In this document: one piece after another, positions 18,629-28,353 of the stretch
How positions within the stretch are numbered: the stretch's first letter is position 1
Layout of the letters: every line of letters begins with the position of its first letter
Origin: a virus
Taxonomy: Duplodnaviria > Caudoviricetes
DNA length: 54,410 bases
IMG/VR virus record: IMGVR_UViG_3300044739_000092
Location: 1 to 54,410 of that record
Reading direction: 5' to 3' (one strand)
Notes under the pieces: model-generated
Told to the model about the DNA's origin: nothing
Database searches by the model: none
The model's input: the letters and a program-made list of their open reading frames with translations, nothing else
Translations under genes and position numbers: made by a program

Positions 18629-18900
18629 GGACCCCAGAACAGCAGGCCGCGGACGACGCGCTCACGGCAGCCATCCAGCAATGCCACGAGGCCTACGACT
18701 GGGACGCGGGAGTCCTCACCGAGTACGTCGTCGTCACAGCCTCAATGCGATGGGACGACGACGGCACAGGCATCACAGCCATCGGCACGATCTTCCGGGA
18801 CAGCAACCTGCCGTACCACCACGCGCTCGGCCTCACCGACTACGCGAGCACGCGCTTTCGGGCCACCATCGCCGGGAACGCCGACCTCGACACAGACTGA
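18625..18900 (+). CDS. Hypothetical phage protein
   Basis: Coupled; MRTPEQQAADDAL. Confidence 0.6.
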   Translation: MRTPEQQAADDALTAAIQQCHEAYDWDAGVLTEYVVVTASMRWDDDGTGITAIGTIFRDSNLPYHHALGLTDYASTRFRATIAGNADLDTD

Positions 18901-18917
18901 CCCGGTGAAGGCCCTGA

Positions 18918-19040
18918 CTACCGCTGGGCCTGCTGCTTCTCCACCGCGGCGAGCAGCTTCTCCAGCAGCTCATTCGTCCGCTTCTGCTCCTCGAGCTGCT
19001 TCTTCGTCCACCACAAGATCTGCGTCTCATTGAAGCCCAT
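18918..19040 (-). CDS. 40-aa coiled-coil peptide on the opposite strand (moron-like)
   Basis: MGFNETQILWWTKKQLEEQKRTNELLEKLLAAVEKQQAQR fills an otherwise empty gap; TACTCT 6 nt upstream of ATG. Confidence 0.6.
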   Translation of the reverse strand: MGFNETQILWWTKKQLEEQKRTNELLEKLLAAVEKQQAQR

Positions 19041-19072
19041 CACGCGAGAGTAGCCACGAACAAGGACACGCC

Positions 19073-19354
19073 GTGACCGCATGGGCGAACAGCACCCGAG
19101 CCCAGCGCCTACCCGGCAACTGGCAGACCCTCCGCCGGCGCATCCTCGCCCGCGACAAAGGCATCTGCCAGCTGCGCCTACCTGGGTGCACACACAGGGC
19201 CACCGACGTCGACCACATCGACAACCGTGACGACCACGGAGACGGCAACCTGCAAGCCGCATGCTCCCCGTGCAACCAGGCCAAGAACCTGCTCACCCGA
19301 CCCAAGCCGCCCAGCACACGACGACCAGTCGAACAGCACCCCGGACTCAGGTAG
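19073..19354 (+). CDS. Terminase-associated HNH endonuclease
   Basis: ILARDKGICQ...ATDVDHI...NLQAACSPCN; directly upstream of terS. Confidence 0.88.
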   Translation: MTAWANSTRAQRLPGNWQTLRRRILARDKGICQLRLPGCTHRATDVDHIDNRDDHGDGNLQAACSPCNQAKNLLTRPKPPSTRRPVEQHPGLR

Positions 19355-19480
19355 GGGGCACCACCCCCTCCCCCACCACGCCGGAACACCGTGAGGTGCT
19401 GCGGCTAGGGCTGGTTCCGGGTCTGGGACTTTTCGCACCCCTGCCCGACATGGGCTCTTTCCCGACACGGGAGGCACGTC
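19355..19480. other. Candidate cos/packaging region
   Basis: Non-coding gap between HNH and terS, the usual cos position in HNH-terS-terL phages; positional inference only. Confidence 0.4.
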
Positions 19481-19954
19481 ATGGCTGGTCATGGGCCTGC
19501 TCCGAAGGATCCCAGTAGGCGTGTACGGAAGGGCTCTGATCCTGTTCCGCTGCGGGTGATCTCCGCGGAGCCTGTCGCTCAGCCCGCGTTGCCGACGTTC
19601 GAGGTCGAGGTCGACGGGGAGCTGAACGAGTTCCGGTGGCCGCCGCGCACTGTCGAGTGGTGGCAGATGTGGGCGGACTCTCCGCTGTCGGCGGAGTTCA
19701 CGTCGACGGATTGGTCGGAGCTGCTGGACACCGCTCTCCTGCATGCGCGGTTCTGGTCGGGGCAGCTGTCGTTGGCGTCGGAGTTGCGGCTGCGGGTGGC
19801 GAAGTTCGGTGCGACTCCGGAGGACCGGGCTCGGTTGCGGATCACGTTCGCGCAGGCGGATGAGGCTGAGGACAAGCGGCCGAAGTCGCCGTCGTCTAGG
19901 GCGCGCCGCGGTGGGCTGCAGGGTCTTCCGGGGGCCGAGTCTCAGGGCGCGTGA
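19481..19954 (+). CDS. terS: Terminase small subunit
   Basis: MAGHGPAPK...WWQMW..SP...TDW..L.DTA...ELRLRVAKFGATPEDRARLR. Confidence 0.88.
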   Translation: MAGHGPAPKDPSRRVRKGSDPVPLRVISAEPVAQPALPTFEVEVDGELNEFRWPPRTVEWWQMWADSPLSAEFTSTDWSELLDTALLHARFWSGQLSLASELRLRVAKFGATPEDRARLRITFAQADEAEDKRPKSPSSRARRGGLQGLPGAESQGA

Positions 19955-19957
19955 CGC

Positions 19958-21619
19958 GTGCCGTGGAAGCCGTCTGAGCCGGGTGAGGTGCCGACACTCG
20001 GCTGGATCGTGATCGACTGGATCACCGAGTTTCTGGCCGCGCCCGATCGGGGCGAGTATGAGCCGTTCGTGCTGTACCGCGAGCAGGAGGACTTCGTTCT
20101 CCGGTTCTACGAGATCAACCCTCACACCGGCCGGCGGCGACGCCGGCGCGGGGTGTACTCGCGGCCACGAGGGCACGGCAAGAGCCCGTTTCTGGCTGCG
20201 CTGGCTCTGGCGGAGGCGTTGGCCCCGGTGGTTCCGGATGGCTGGGACTCCGATGGTCAGCCGGTGGGGCGGCCGTGGTCGACGGTGCGGACGCCGCTGG
20301 TGCAGATCTTGGCTGTCTCGGAGAAGCAGACGACGAACACGTGGTCGCCGCTGCTCGAGATGACCGCCGGCCCGGTTCTGGATGCGTATCCGGGGCTTGA
20401 GCCGCTGGACACGATGGTGAACCTGCCGCGGGGGCGTATCGAGCCGATCACGAGCTCGGCTCGGACGGTGAAGGGTAACCGGGCCGTGTTCGCGGTGATG
20501 GACCAGACCGAGGAGTGGGTGCCTTCCAACGGGGGGCTGAAGCTGTTCGAGAACGTGAAGAACAACACCGCGAAGGTCGGCGGTAGTTTCGTCGAGTCGC
20601 CGAACGCGTTCACGCCGGGCGACGGGTCGGTTGCGGAGCAGTCGGCGGCGTTCTGGTCGGCGATCCGTGAGGGCCGCGCGAGGGACGACGGCTTGTACTA
20701 CGACCACCGTGAGGCGCCGCCCGAGACGGACATGACGGACCGGGAATCGTTGGTGATCGGGCTGCGGGCGGCGTACGGCGACTCGTCGGACCACCCGGGC
20801 GGGTGCGTGCTGCACGACCCGCCGTGCCTACCGGGGCATGTGAACTTGGACCATCTCGTGGCGACGATCTGGGACCCGACGTCGGATCCGCAGGTGTCGC
20901 GCGCGGACTTCCTGAACCAGATCACGCACGCGTCGAACTCGTGGTTGTCGCAGCCTGAGTGGGCCGGGTGCGCGAAGCCGGCCCTGGTGGTTTCGGACGG
21001 GGATCCGATCACGATCGGTTTCGACGGGTCGAAGGGCCGCAAGAGGGGTGTCGCGGACTCGACGGCGCTCGTTGGGTGCCGCGTCTCGGACGGTCACATG
21101 TGGCCGATCGCGGTGTGGGAGCAGCCTGAGGGTCTTGCCGGCAAGGGCTGGGAGGTTCCGGTCGTCGAGGTCGACGCGGCCGTGCACTCCACGTTCGCCA
21201 GCCGGAACGTGGTCGGGTTCTACGCGGACCCGGCGAAGTACGAGTCGTACGTGGCGGCGTGGGAAGCGAAGTACCACCCGCGGCTGAAGGTGAAGGCCAG
21301 CCAGAAGCACCCCATCGAGTGGTGGATCAACGGCGGCCGGTCGCGGATCGTGACGCAGGCGATCGAGCAGCTGCACTCGGCGGTCGTGGGGCAGGAGATG
21401 TCCCACGACGGGTCGTTCGTGCTGACGCGGCACTTCCTGAACGCCCGCCGGGTCAAGGGCCCGGGTAACGGCATCTGGATCGGCAAGGAGCACCCGGACT
21501 CCGCGAACAAGGTCGACGCCGCGTGGGCTGGCGTTGCCGCGTACGCGGCCCGCCTGGACGCTGTGGCCGCCGGCCTGGCGACCCAAACCGAGTTCGTGAT
21601 GCCGCGCCGGTTGCGCTGA
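19958..21619 (+). CDS. terL: Terminase large subunit
   Basis: Walker A RPRGHGKS, AVSEKQT, Walker B AVMDQ, nuclease GFDGS..DST, KVDA. Confidence 0.93.
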   Translation: MPWKPSEPGEVPTLGWIVIDWITEFLAAPDRGEYEPFVLYREQEDFVLRFYEINPHTGRRRRRRGVYSRPRGHGKSPFLAALALAEALAPVVPDGWDSDGQPVGRPWSTVRTPLVQILAVSEKQTTNTWSPLLEMTAGPVLDAYPGLEPLDTMVNLPRGRIEPITSSARTVKGNRAVFAVMDQTEEWVPSNGGLKLFENVKNNTAKVGGSFVESPNAFTPGDGSVAEQSAAFWSAIREGRARDDGLYYDHREAPPETDMTDRESLVIGLRAAYGDSSDHPGGCVLHDPPCLPGHVNLDHLVATIWDPTSDPQVSRADFLNQITHASNSWLSQPEWAGCAKPALVVSDGDPITIGFDGSKGRKRGVADSTALVGCRVSDGHMWPIAVWEQPEGLAGKGWEVPVVEVDAAVHSTFASRNVVGFYADPAKYESYVAAWEAKYHPRLKVKASQKHPIEWWINGGRSRIVTQAIEQLHSAVVGQEMSHDGSFVLTRHFLNARRVKGPGNGIWIGKEHPDSANKVDAAWAGVAAYAARLDAVAAGLATQTEFVMPRRLR

Positions 21620-21632
21620 GAGGGGGTTTCGG

Positions 21633-23159
21633 GTGCCGATCAATGTCGATGCGCCCCGGTCGCCCGGGTGGTGGCTGAATCGGCTGTCGGGGCGGCTGAT
21701 GGACCGTGAGCGGCAGCGGCGGTTCCAGGAGTTGGCGGATCGGCTGGACGGGAAGCCGCCGCTGCCTGTTGGGGCGGCGAATGCGCGGAAGGCGTTCGAG
21801 GCGTTCCAGCGGAAGGCGTGTTCGAACCTGGCGGAGCTGATCGTGGAGGCTACGCGGGAGCGGATGCGCCCGACGGGGATCCGGACGTCGGCCGACGGGG
21901 ATGAGACGGGTGACACGGAGGCGTGGCGGATCTACCGCCGCGCCGGTCTGACGGTGGAGACCGCCGAGGTCCTGGACCTGATGCTGGGCATGTCCGAGGG
22001 CTACATGCTGGTCGGGCCGGTGGATGAGGGCACGGGTGCTCCGGTGGTCACGGCGGAGGATCCGCGGTGGGCGATCACGGAGAACGATCCGGCGCAGCCT
22101 GCGAAGGTGTTGGCGTCGCTGAAGATGCTCCACGACGATGCGGATGACGTGGACCGGGCGTACCTGATCTTGGCGCCGGACGTTGAGGCGGGCCGGCCGA
22201 AGGTGACCCAGTTCGTGGCGTCCCGTGAGGCGCGGAAGCTCACCGGCTGGCGGATGGAGTTCAACGCGCGGACCTGGGGCTGGGACACCGACCGGGGCGG
22301 CGTGGATGGTGCGGCGCTGGTCGTGGACCGGGTGCCTATGGTGCGGTTCCTGAACCGGCGCGGTCTGGGCGAGTTCGAGCCGCACACGGATCTGCTGGAC
22401 CGGATCAACCACACCATCCTTGACCGGATGGTTGTGAGCGCGATGCAGGCGTTCCGGCAGCGGGCGATCAAGGGTTTGCCGACGGTCTACCCGGCCGGGC
22501 ATCCGAAGGCCGGGGAGGAGATCGACTACGAGGGCATGTTCATCGCGGACCCGGCGGCGTTCTGGCTTCTGCCGGAAGCGGCGGAGGTGTGGGAGTCGGG
22601 GCAGCTGGATCTGACGCCGATCCTGGCGTCGGTGAAGGACGACTTTCAGCACGTCAGCGCGGTGACGCGGACACCGATGCACATGCTTCAGCCAGCGGGT
22701 GAGAACCAGTCGGCGGAGGGCGCCGGCCTGGCTCGTGAGGGTCTGGTGTTCAAGACGGAGGACCGGATCGACCGGGCGGACAATCCGCTGACGTCGGTGG
22801 TGTCGCTGTGCTTCCAGTACATGCCGGATGAGGTGCGGTACGCGGATGGTCCTGACGGGCGGCTGGACCGGGCCGACATGGACAAGTTGCAGATCATCTG
22901 GGCGCCGGTGGAGCGCCTGTCGTTGATGGAACGCGCGGATGCGTGGTCGAAGACGCAGGACATGCCGTTCCGGACGCGGCTGGTGAAGATTTTCGGGATG
23001 GCGCCGCACGAGGCGGATCAGGTGGTGGCGGAGCAGACCGCGGACCTGGCCCGGTTGGCGGCGTTCGCACCCCGCCCGCAGCTGGTGCAGCCGCAGCAGT
23101 CCGCGGCCGTGCAGCCGCAGTCCACCGAGGCGGCGCGGGCCAGTGGCGCTGTCGCCTGA
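21633..23159 (+). CDS. Portal protein (SPP1 gp6-like)
   Basis: Position after terL; NLAELIV, GEFEPHTDLLDRIN, QAFRQRAIKG, SAEGA. Confidence 0.9.
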   Translation: MPINVDAPRSPGWWLNRLSGRLMDRERQRRFQELADRLDGKPPLPVGAANARKAFEAFQRKACSNLAELIVEATRERMRPTGIRTSADGDETGDTEAWRIYRRAGLTVETAEVLDLMLGMSEGYMLVGPVDEGTGAPVVTAEDPRWAITENDPAQPAKVLASLKMLHDDADDVDRAYLILAPDVEAGRPKVTQFVASREARKLTGWRMEFNARTWGWDTDRGGVDGAALVVDRVPMVRFLNRRGLGEFEPHTDLLDRINHTILDRMVVSAMQAFRQRAIKGLPTVYPAGHPKAGEEIDYEGMFIADPAAFWLLPEAAEVWESGQLDLTPILASVKDDFQHVSAVTRTPMHMLQPAGENQSAEGAGLAREGLVFKTEDRIDRADNPLTSVVSLCFQYMPDEVRYADGPDGRLDRADMDKLQIIWAPVERLSLMERADAWSKTQDMPFRTRLVKIFGMAPHEADQVVAEQTADLARLAAFAPRPQLVQPQQSAAVQPQSTEAARASGAVA

Positions 23160-23997
23160 GCAGGCCGCGGCGGTGGCCGCCGGGTATCAGCAGGCGATGT
23201 CGCAGGTCCGTGAGCAGGTGGCGGCGGCGGTTGAGGCGGCGTGGCGGGCGTTGACGGCGTGGCGGGATGAGGACATCGACGGGTTCGTCCGCCAGGTGGT
23301 GCCGGTGGTGCTGGGTGGTCAGCAGGCGATGGCGGCGCTCGTGGACGCCTATTTCGCGGATCTGCGGTCGGCGGCTCTGGGTTTGCCGGCGCGGCCGTCG
23401 GGTGTGCGGATGGCGCGGGTGACTGGTGCGGCGGCCCGGAACGGCACGGCGCCGGAGGTGGTGTACCGGCGCGCGGGTGAGCAGGTGTGGACGGACCTGT
23501 CGCGCGGGAAGCCGCTCGAGGAGGCCGTTCAGCACGGGCTGGATCGGGCGACGAAGGCCGCGGAGACGGACCTGCAGCGGACGAAGACGTTGGCGGCGCG
23601 GGAGGTCCTGGCGAACGACCGCGAGGTGAGCGGTTTCCGCCGGGTCCTGGTCGGCGAGGAGAACTGCGGACTGTGCGTGGTGGCTTCGACGCAGCGGTAC
23701 CACCGCAAGGAACTGCTGCCGATCCACCCGGGCTGTGACTGTGGTGTCGCCCCGGACTACGGGGGCGACTCGGGTCAGGTCATAGACGAGGGCATCCTCG
23801 CGGCTGCGCATGAGGCGATCCGGTCGACGTTCGGGATCTCGGATGCCGCAGCGCGGAACCCGGACTACCGGAAGCTGATTCTGGTGCGTGAGCACGGGGA
23901 GCTCGGTCCGCAGTTGACGGTCCGGTCCCACCGGTTCACGGGCCCGGAGGCGTTGCGCTCCAAGTTGGACCTGTCCGGCCTCCCTGGGGGCCGCTGA
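23143..23997 (+). CDS. MuF-like minor capsid/head maturation protein
   Basis: RRVL....CGLC..AS...HPGCDC.V.P. Confidence 0.8.
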   Translation: MALSPEQAAAVAAGYQQAMSQVREQVAAAVEAAWRALTAWRDEDIDGFVRQVVPVVLGGQQAMAALVDAYFADLRSAALGLPARPSGVRMARVTGAAARNGTAPEVVYRRAGEQVWTDLSRGKPLEEAVQHGLDRATKAAETDLQRTKTLAAREVLANDREVSGFRRVLVGEENCGLCVVASTQRYHRKELLPIHPGCDCGVAPDYGGDSGQVIDEGILAAAHEAIRSTFGISDAAARNPDYRKLILVREHGELGPQLTVRSHRFTGPEALRSKLDLSGLPGGR

Positions 23998-24062
23998 GAC
24001 TTCCCCGCGTTCGCGGGGGCCGCCCGTCAGGGCATCCATCCATCCCGACATGGGAGACACGC

Positions 24063-24224
24063 ATGAGCCGACCGATCGTCGAGCCGTCCGCAGATTTGCG
24101 GCAGGCCGCTGCCCAGATGCGGCAGATGTTTATCGCGCTGCTGAACGAGGGATTCGAAGAGCGACAGGCTCTCGCGATCCTCGGACAGGTCATCGCGGCA
24201 GGCTCCAAGCAGCAGGACCAGTGA
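24063..24224 (+). CDS. 53-aa helical protein (not in the ORF track)
   Basis: MSRPIVEPSADLRQAAAQMRQMFIALLNEGFEERQALAILGQ; GGGAG RBS; TGATG-coupled to the scaffold gene. Confidence 0.6.
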   Translation: MSRPIVEPSADLRQAAAQMRQMFIALLNEGFEERQALAILGQVIAAGSKQQDQ

Positions 24225-24946
24225 TGGGCGGGCAGCCGTACCTGCGGCATCCGCTGACCGGTGCGCCCCTCGTTCCGCTCGGCATGAGCCGTCGGGGGCC
24301 GATCTGGCCGATCCTCGGCGCCGCGGGAGACGGAGACGGTGGGGACGGCAACAACGACCAGGGTGGTGACGCCGGGAGCTCTGGTGACGGCGGTGGCGGG
24401 TCCGACAAGGGCTTCCCGGCCGACACGCCCGTCGCCGAGATGACGGACGCCCAGCAGGCGGCGTACTGGAAGCACCAGTCCCGCAAGCACGAGAACACCG
24501 CCAAGGCGCGCGCCGATTACGACGCGTTGAAGGCCCGCGCGGCAAAGGCCGACGAACTGGAAGCTGCGACCGCCACCGAGACCGACAAGGCGATCAAGGC
24601 GGCCCGTGACGAGGCCGCCGCCGAAACCCTGCGCGCCACGGCGCCCCGGCTGGTCCGGGCCGAGTTCCGTGCGGCAGCGAAGGGTGTCCTGTCCGACGAG
24701 CAGCGCGATGCGCTCCTCGAGGACCTGGACCTCACGAAGTACCTCACCGACAAGGGCGAGGTGGACGAGGACAAGGTCGCAAGGAAGGTGAAGGCGTTCG
24801 CGCCGGCCGGCAACAACGGCGGGTCGGGTGGCCGCCCCGACATGGGGCAGGGCCGCCGAGCAGGTGCGGCGCAGTCCAAGGCATCTGCCGGCAAGGCCGA
24901 GGCCGCTCGCCGGTTCGGCGAGAAAACGACAGCAGCAACCCAGTAA
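24224..24946 (+). CDS. Capsid scaffolding protein
   Basis: Gly/Asp linker, YWKHQSRKHE, coiled coil; position before head genes. Confidence 0.8.
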   Translation: MGGQPYLRHPLTGAPLVPLGMSRRGPIWPILGAAGDGDGGDGNNDQGGDAGSSGDGGGGSDKGFPADTPVAEMTDAQQAAYWKHQSRKHENTAKARADYDALKARAAKADELEAATATETDKAIKAARDEAAAETLRATAPRLVRAEFRAAAKGVLSDEQRDALLEDLDLTKYLTDKGEVDEDKVARKVKAFAPAGNNGGSGGRPDMGQGRRAGAAQSKASAGKAEAARRFGEKTTAATQ

Positions 24947-24991
24947 CTACGCGGTTCGGAGCCTCCGACCGCCGATACCTAAGGAGTACGC

Positions 24992-25420
24992 ATGACCTAC
25001 ATCGGGGTCGAGAGCACCGCGTACCAGGTCGAGAAGCGGTCGTGGCTGCTGAGCCAGCACGGCACCGACCCCGGTACGACTCCGTCGATCACGCTCGACG
25101 TGTCCGCGTTCACCGCGGCCACGCACTACCCGGACGGGTACCTGAAGTCGGGGATCGTCCTCGGGCCGATCACGGCGACGGGTCTGTACGGCCCGTACGA
25201 CGACTCGCTCACCACCGGGCAGCAGGTCGCCGCAGGGATCCTGTTCAGCTCCGTCAAGGTGCCGAGCCTGAGCGACACCACCAAGGACGTGGGCGGGGCG
25301 ATGGTCGTTCACGGCTTCGTGAAGCGGTCGAAGCTCCCCATCGCGAACGCCGCCACGGGCCGCGGGTACATCGACACCGCAGGCGAGACCGACCTCAAGC
25401 TCATCCACTTCTCTGCCTGA
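24992..25420 (+). CDS. Head decoration protein
   Basis: SITLDVSAF...YLKSGIVLG...GLYGPYD...G; position before the major capsid gene. Confidence 0.8.
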   Translation: MTYIGVESTAYQVEKRSWLLSQHGTDPGTTPSITLDVSAFTAATHYPDGYLKSGIVLGPITATGLYGPYDDSLTTGQQVAAGILFSSVKVPSLSDTTKDVGGAMVVHGFVKRSKLPIANAATGRGYIDTAGETDLKLIHFSA

Positions 25421-25447
25421 CCGGCCGAAAAAGGAGACTGAACCAGC

Positions 25448-26485
25448 ATGGCTATCTTCTTCGACGCGCCGGTTGCCCCGGATGCGCTCACTGCGTTCGT
25501 CCGTGAGGTGCCGACCCCGTCGGTCCTCGCCCTGTCCAGCCTGTTCCCCACAAGGTTCGTGGACAGCAACACCGTGGACTTCGCGGAGATCGTCCGTACC
25601 AACCGCACGGCCCGGTACCGGTCGTTCGACGGCCGGATCCACGTGTCCGAGCGGGACACCGGCAGCGAGAAGCGCGTCAAGCTCCTCCCGCTGTCGTCCT
25701 CGCTGAGCATGGGCGAGTACGAGCGGCTCCAGCTGGAGTTCGCCCGCACCTCGGGCACCAACCAGCAGGCCCTCGCGAACGCGGTCTACAACGACGCGGA
25801 GAGCCTGACCCGTGAGGTCCAGAACCGGCTCGAGCAGGCCTGGGGCGATGTCGTCACCGACGGGAAGCTGACGATCAACGAGAACGGCTACGCCGGTGAG
25901 GCCGACTTCGGCGTGCCGGGGACTCACATCGTCACCGCGGGCACGGTGTGGACGAACCCGGCGGCGCTGATGTTCACGGACATCCGCACGTGGACGGACG
26001 TGTACATCGCAACGAACGGCTTCGCGCCCGGCTCGATGCGCACGTCGACCCGGATCCTGCGTGCGGCGCAGACGAACACCGAGTTCATCAACGCGATCCG
26101 CGGTGCTGCCGCGGGTGCGACGCGGGTGTCCCTGCAGGAGATCAACGATCTCCTGTCGGGTGAGGGTCTGCCGACGTTCGACCTGCCGTACGACACGATG
26201 GTCAGCATCGATGACGTGAGTACGCGGGTGGTCGGTGACGACAAGGTGGTGTTCGTGCCGCCGAACATCGCGGACCTGGGGTACACGGCGTTCGGGCTGT
26301 CGGCGACTGCGCTGGAGCTCGTGAACTCCAACGTGTCGGACCTCTCGTTCTCCGAGGCGCCGGGGATCGTCGGCGTGGTCATCAAGGACGGGCCTCCGTT
26401 CCGGCAGTTCACGTACGTGGACGCGGTGGCGATGCCGATCCTGGCGAACGCCAAGCTCCTCATGGTCGCCGACGTGGCTGCGTGA
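25448..26485 (+). CDS. Major capsid protein (phage capsid E family)
   Basis: 345 aa; AAGGAG RBS; R.FD...LLPLS, RLE, DFGVP, AVAMPIL. Confidence 0.88.
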   Translation: MAIFFDAPVAPDALTAFVREVPTPSVLALSSLFPTRFVDSNTVDFAEIVRTNRTARYRSFDGRIHVSERDTGSEKRVKLLPLSSSLSMGEYERLQLEFARTSGTNQQALANAVYNDAESLTREVQNRLEQAWGDVVTDGKLTINENGYAGEADFGVPGTHIVTAGTVWTNPAALMFTDIRTWTDVYIATNGFAPGSMRTSTRILRAAQTNTEFINAIRGAAAGATRVSLQEINDLLSGEGLPTFDLPYDTMVSIDDVSTRVVGDDKVVFVPPNIADLGYTAFGLSATALELVNSNVSDLSFSEAPGIVGVVIKDGPPFRQFTYVDAVAMPILANAKLLMVADVAA

Positions 26486-26500
26486 GAGGGCTGATCTGAG

Positions 26501-26854
26501 ATGGCGAAGCTGACGAGCACGGTCCACGTGCACCGCATGGAGAAGAACGAGCAGGGCCGCGAGTACGTGGCGGAGACGCGCGTGTTCGGGCCGGACGACA
26601 AGGTCCCGGCGGAGTGGGCGAAGCTGATCACGAACCCGGCTGCCTGGGAGGGCGGCGAGCCTCCGAAGTCCGCTGATGCCGGTGACGGCGGGCCCGCCGC
26701 GTCGGCGGATCCGAGTGCGGAGCCGCCGCGGTCGGGCAAGGGCTCCGGCGTCGAGGTGTGGCGGGCGCACGCTGCCCACCTCGGCGTGGTGGTTCCGGAG
26801 GATGCGTCGCGGGACGACATCGTCGCGGCGGTCGACGCGCACAACGCCGCCTGA
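26501..26854 (+). CDS. Capsid-adjacent protein with Lsr2/Rho-N-like C-terminus
   Basis: FGPDD.VP.WA..ITNP.AW; PPRSGKGSG...W..A. Confidence 0.7.
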   Translation: MAKLTSTVHVHRMEKNEQGREYVAETRVFGPDDKVPAEWAKLITNPAAWEGGEPPKSADAGDGGPAASADPSAEPPRSGKGSGVEVWRAHAAHLGVVVPEDASRDDIVAAVDAHNAA

Positions 26855-26859
26855 TCTGT

Positions 26860-26893
26860 CGCCCGGCGGGACGGGACCTGTTCCCGCCGGGCG
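26860..26893. terminator. GC-rich stem-loop (terminator or mRNA stabiliser) after the capsid genes
   Basis: CGCCCGGCGGGA...TCCCGCCGGGCG 12-bp stem, no U-tract. Confidence 0.5.
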
Positions 26894-26928
26894 GCCGTCA
26901 CACCAACTTGCTCGAAAGGGGATCCGCC

Positions 26929-27159
26929 ATGGCGGACGTGATCGACCCTGCCCGCCCTGTGCGGACCTGCATCGGATGCGGGCAGTCCGACGACCACCCG
27001 AAGGACCAGGTGGTGCTCGGCGCCGGCGAATCGGTGTTCTGGCACATGGACTGCCACGTCATCGCCACCGGCTGCGAGTCGTGCCGGGCGCAGATCGACG
27101 GCGCGGATGGTGCGACCGGTTCGGCGCTTCACCGGCACCTGATGACGAAGGGCGGCTGA
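26929..27159 (+). CDS. Small Cys/His protein
   Basis: CIGCGQSDDHPK...HMDC...C..C. Confidence 0.65.
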   Translation: MADVIDPARPVRTCIGCGQSDDHPKDQVVLGAGESVFWHMDCHVIATGCESCRAQIDGADGATGSALHRHLMTKGG

Positions 27160-27160
27160 C

Positions 27161-27544
27161 GTGGCGAACATCGTGCAGGCGGAGTCGAACCGGCTCCTCG
27201 ACGCGTCTCTCGGCACCGCGGCGTTCGTCGCTCCGACGACGCCGATGAAGCTGGCCCTGGACACTGTGAACGGCACCGCCACGGCGGCCGGTACGGAGGT
27301 CACGGGCGGCTCGTACGCGCGGCAGACGGTCGCGTTCACGGCGGCGTCGGCTGGTGCGACGGCGAACACGGCGCTGATCTCGTTCACGAACATGCCCGCG
27401 GCGACTGTGACCGGTGTCGAGGTCTTCGACTCGGCGGGGTCGCCTCGGCGGGTGTGGTTCGGTGCGCTGACCGCGTCTAAGACGACCGCGTCCGGTGACA
27501 CCCTGTCGTTCGCGGTGTCGGCCATCACGGTCGCCCTGTCGTGA
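27161..27544 (+). CDS. Virion fibre/spike base-like structural protein
   Basis: E.TGGSYARQ.V.F...N...I.F...T.....D...GDTL.F pattern of small beta-rich virion proteins. Confidence 0.65.
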   Translation: MANIVQAESNRLLDASLGTAAFVAPTTPMKLALDTVNGTATAAGTEVTGGSYARQTVAFTAASAGATANTALISFTNMPAATVTGVEVFDSAGSPRRVWFGALTASKTTASGDTLSFAVSAITVALS

Positions 27545-28350
27545 GCCTGTACGGGTTCTGCGTCGCAACGCAGTCGGGTGAGTCGTTCCAGCAGGCGCAC
27601 GCCCGGCAGGTCGGGGTGTACGGGCAGCCGAGCGTGGTGCGCTGGTTCGACTCCGGCAGTGCGTCGGCGGGCGCGTGGAACCCGGGGAACGCGAACCTGC
27701 GGTGGCTCCTGGCCCAGCCGGCGGCCGTGTTCCCGACGTTCAAGTGCGATCCCGAGCTGATCAGCAACGGGTCGCAGGACGCGAAGCTGCGGACCCACAT
27801 CGGGCAGCTCCGCGCCGGCCGGGACGTGTTCGGCTACTGGCACGAGCGGGAAGACGAGGTCCTCGCCGGCACCTACAGCGTCGCGGACTTTCAGCGCGCG
27901 GACGCCCGCATTCGGGCGATCATCGACGCCACGAACCCGGGCCTGGACTTCGGTGCCGTGGTCATGGAGTACTCGATGCGCCCGGAGCGGGGCCCCACGC
28001 GTCCGCTGTCGGACTACTTCGTGCCGGGTGTGCACACGTCCCTGTGGTTCGACGTGTACTCGGGGTACGCGGAGGGTTCCGGGTATGTGCTGGATCCGCA
28101 GACGCAGTTCGGGAAGCTCGCGGCGCTGGCGCTGAAGCACGGTGTGCAGTGGGGCATCGGGGAGCTCGGGTCGGGTGTGCGGCCGGCGGGTCGGCCGGAG
28201 TTCCCGACGCGGGCTCAGTGGTTGGAGACCCGGACCGGGTGGCTGCTGTCGTGTGCGCGTCCGCCGCGGTGGGTGTGCTATTTCGCGAAGGGCGGCAGCG
28301 TGCTGGATGGCGATCCGGCTGCGGCGGCTGTCATGCAGAAGGTGGCCTGA
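27541..28350 (+). CDS. Glycoside hydrolase clan GH-A (GH26-like) protein
   Basis: Acid/base WHE, YFVPG, FDVY, nucleophile GIGELG, CYF. Confidence 0.6.
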   Translation: MSLYGFCVATQSGESFQQAHARQVGVYGQPSVVRWFDSGSASAGAWNPGNANLRWLLAQPAAVFPTFKCDPELISNGSQDAKLRTHIGQLRAGRDVFGYWHEREDEVLAGTYSVADFQRADARIRAIIDATNPGLDFGAVVMEYSMRPERGPTRPLSDYFVPGVHTSLWFDVYSGYAEGSGYVLDPQTQFGKLAALALKHGVQWGIGELGSGVRPAGRPEFPTRAQWLETRTGWLLSCARPPRWVCYFAKGGSVLDGDPAAAAVMQKVA

Positions 28351-28353
28351 CCG

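Noticed and set aside
24944-25435. GCCGATAC/GCCGAAAA before the decoration and capsid genes as sigma-28 -10 boxes
   Set aside because: Too close to the RBS, and no TAAA -35 at the correct spacing
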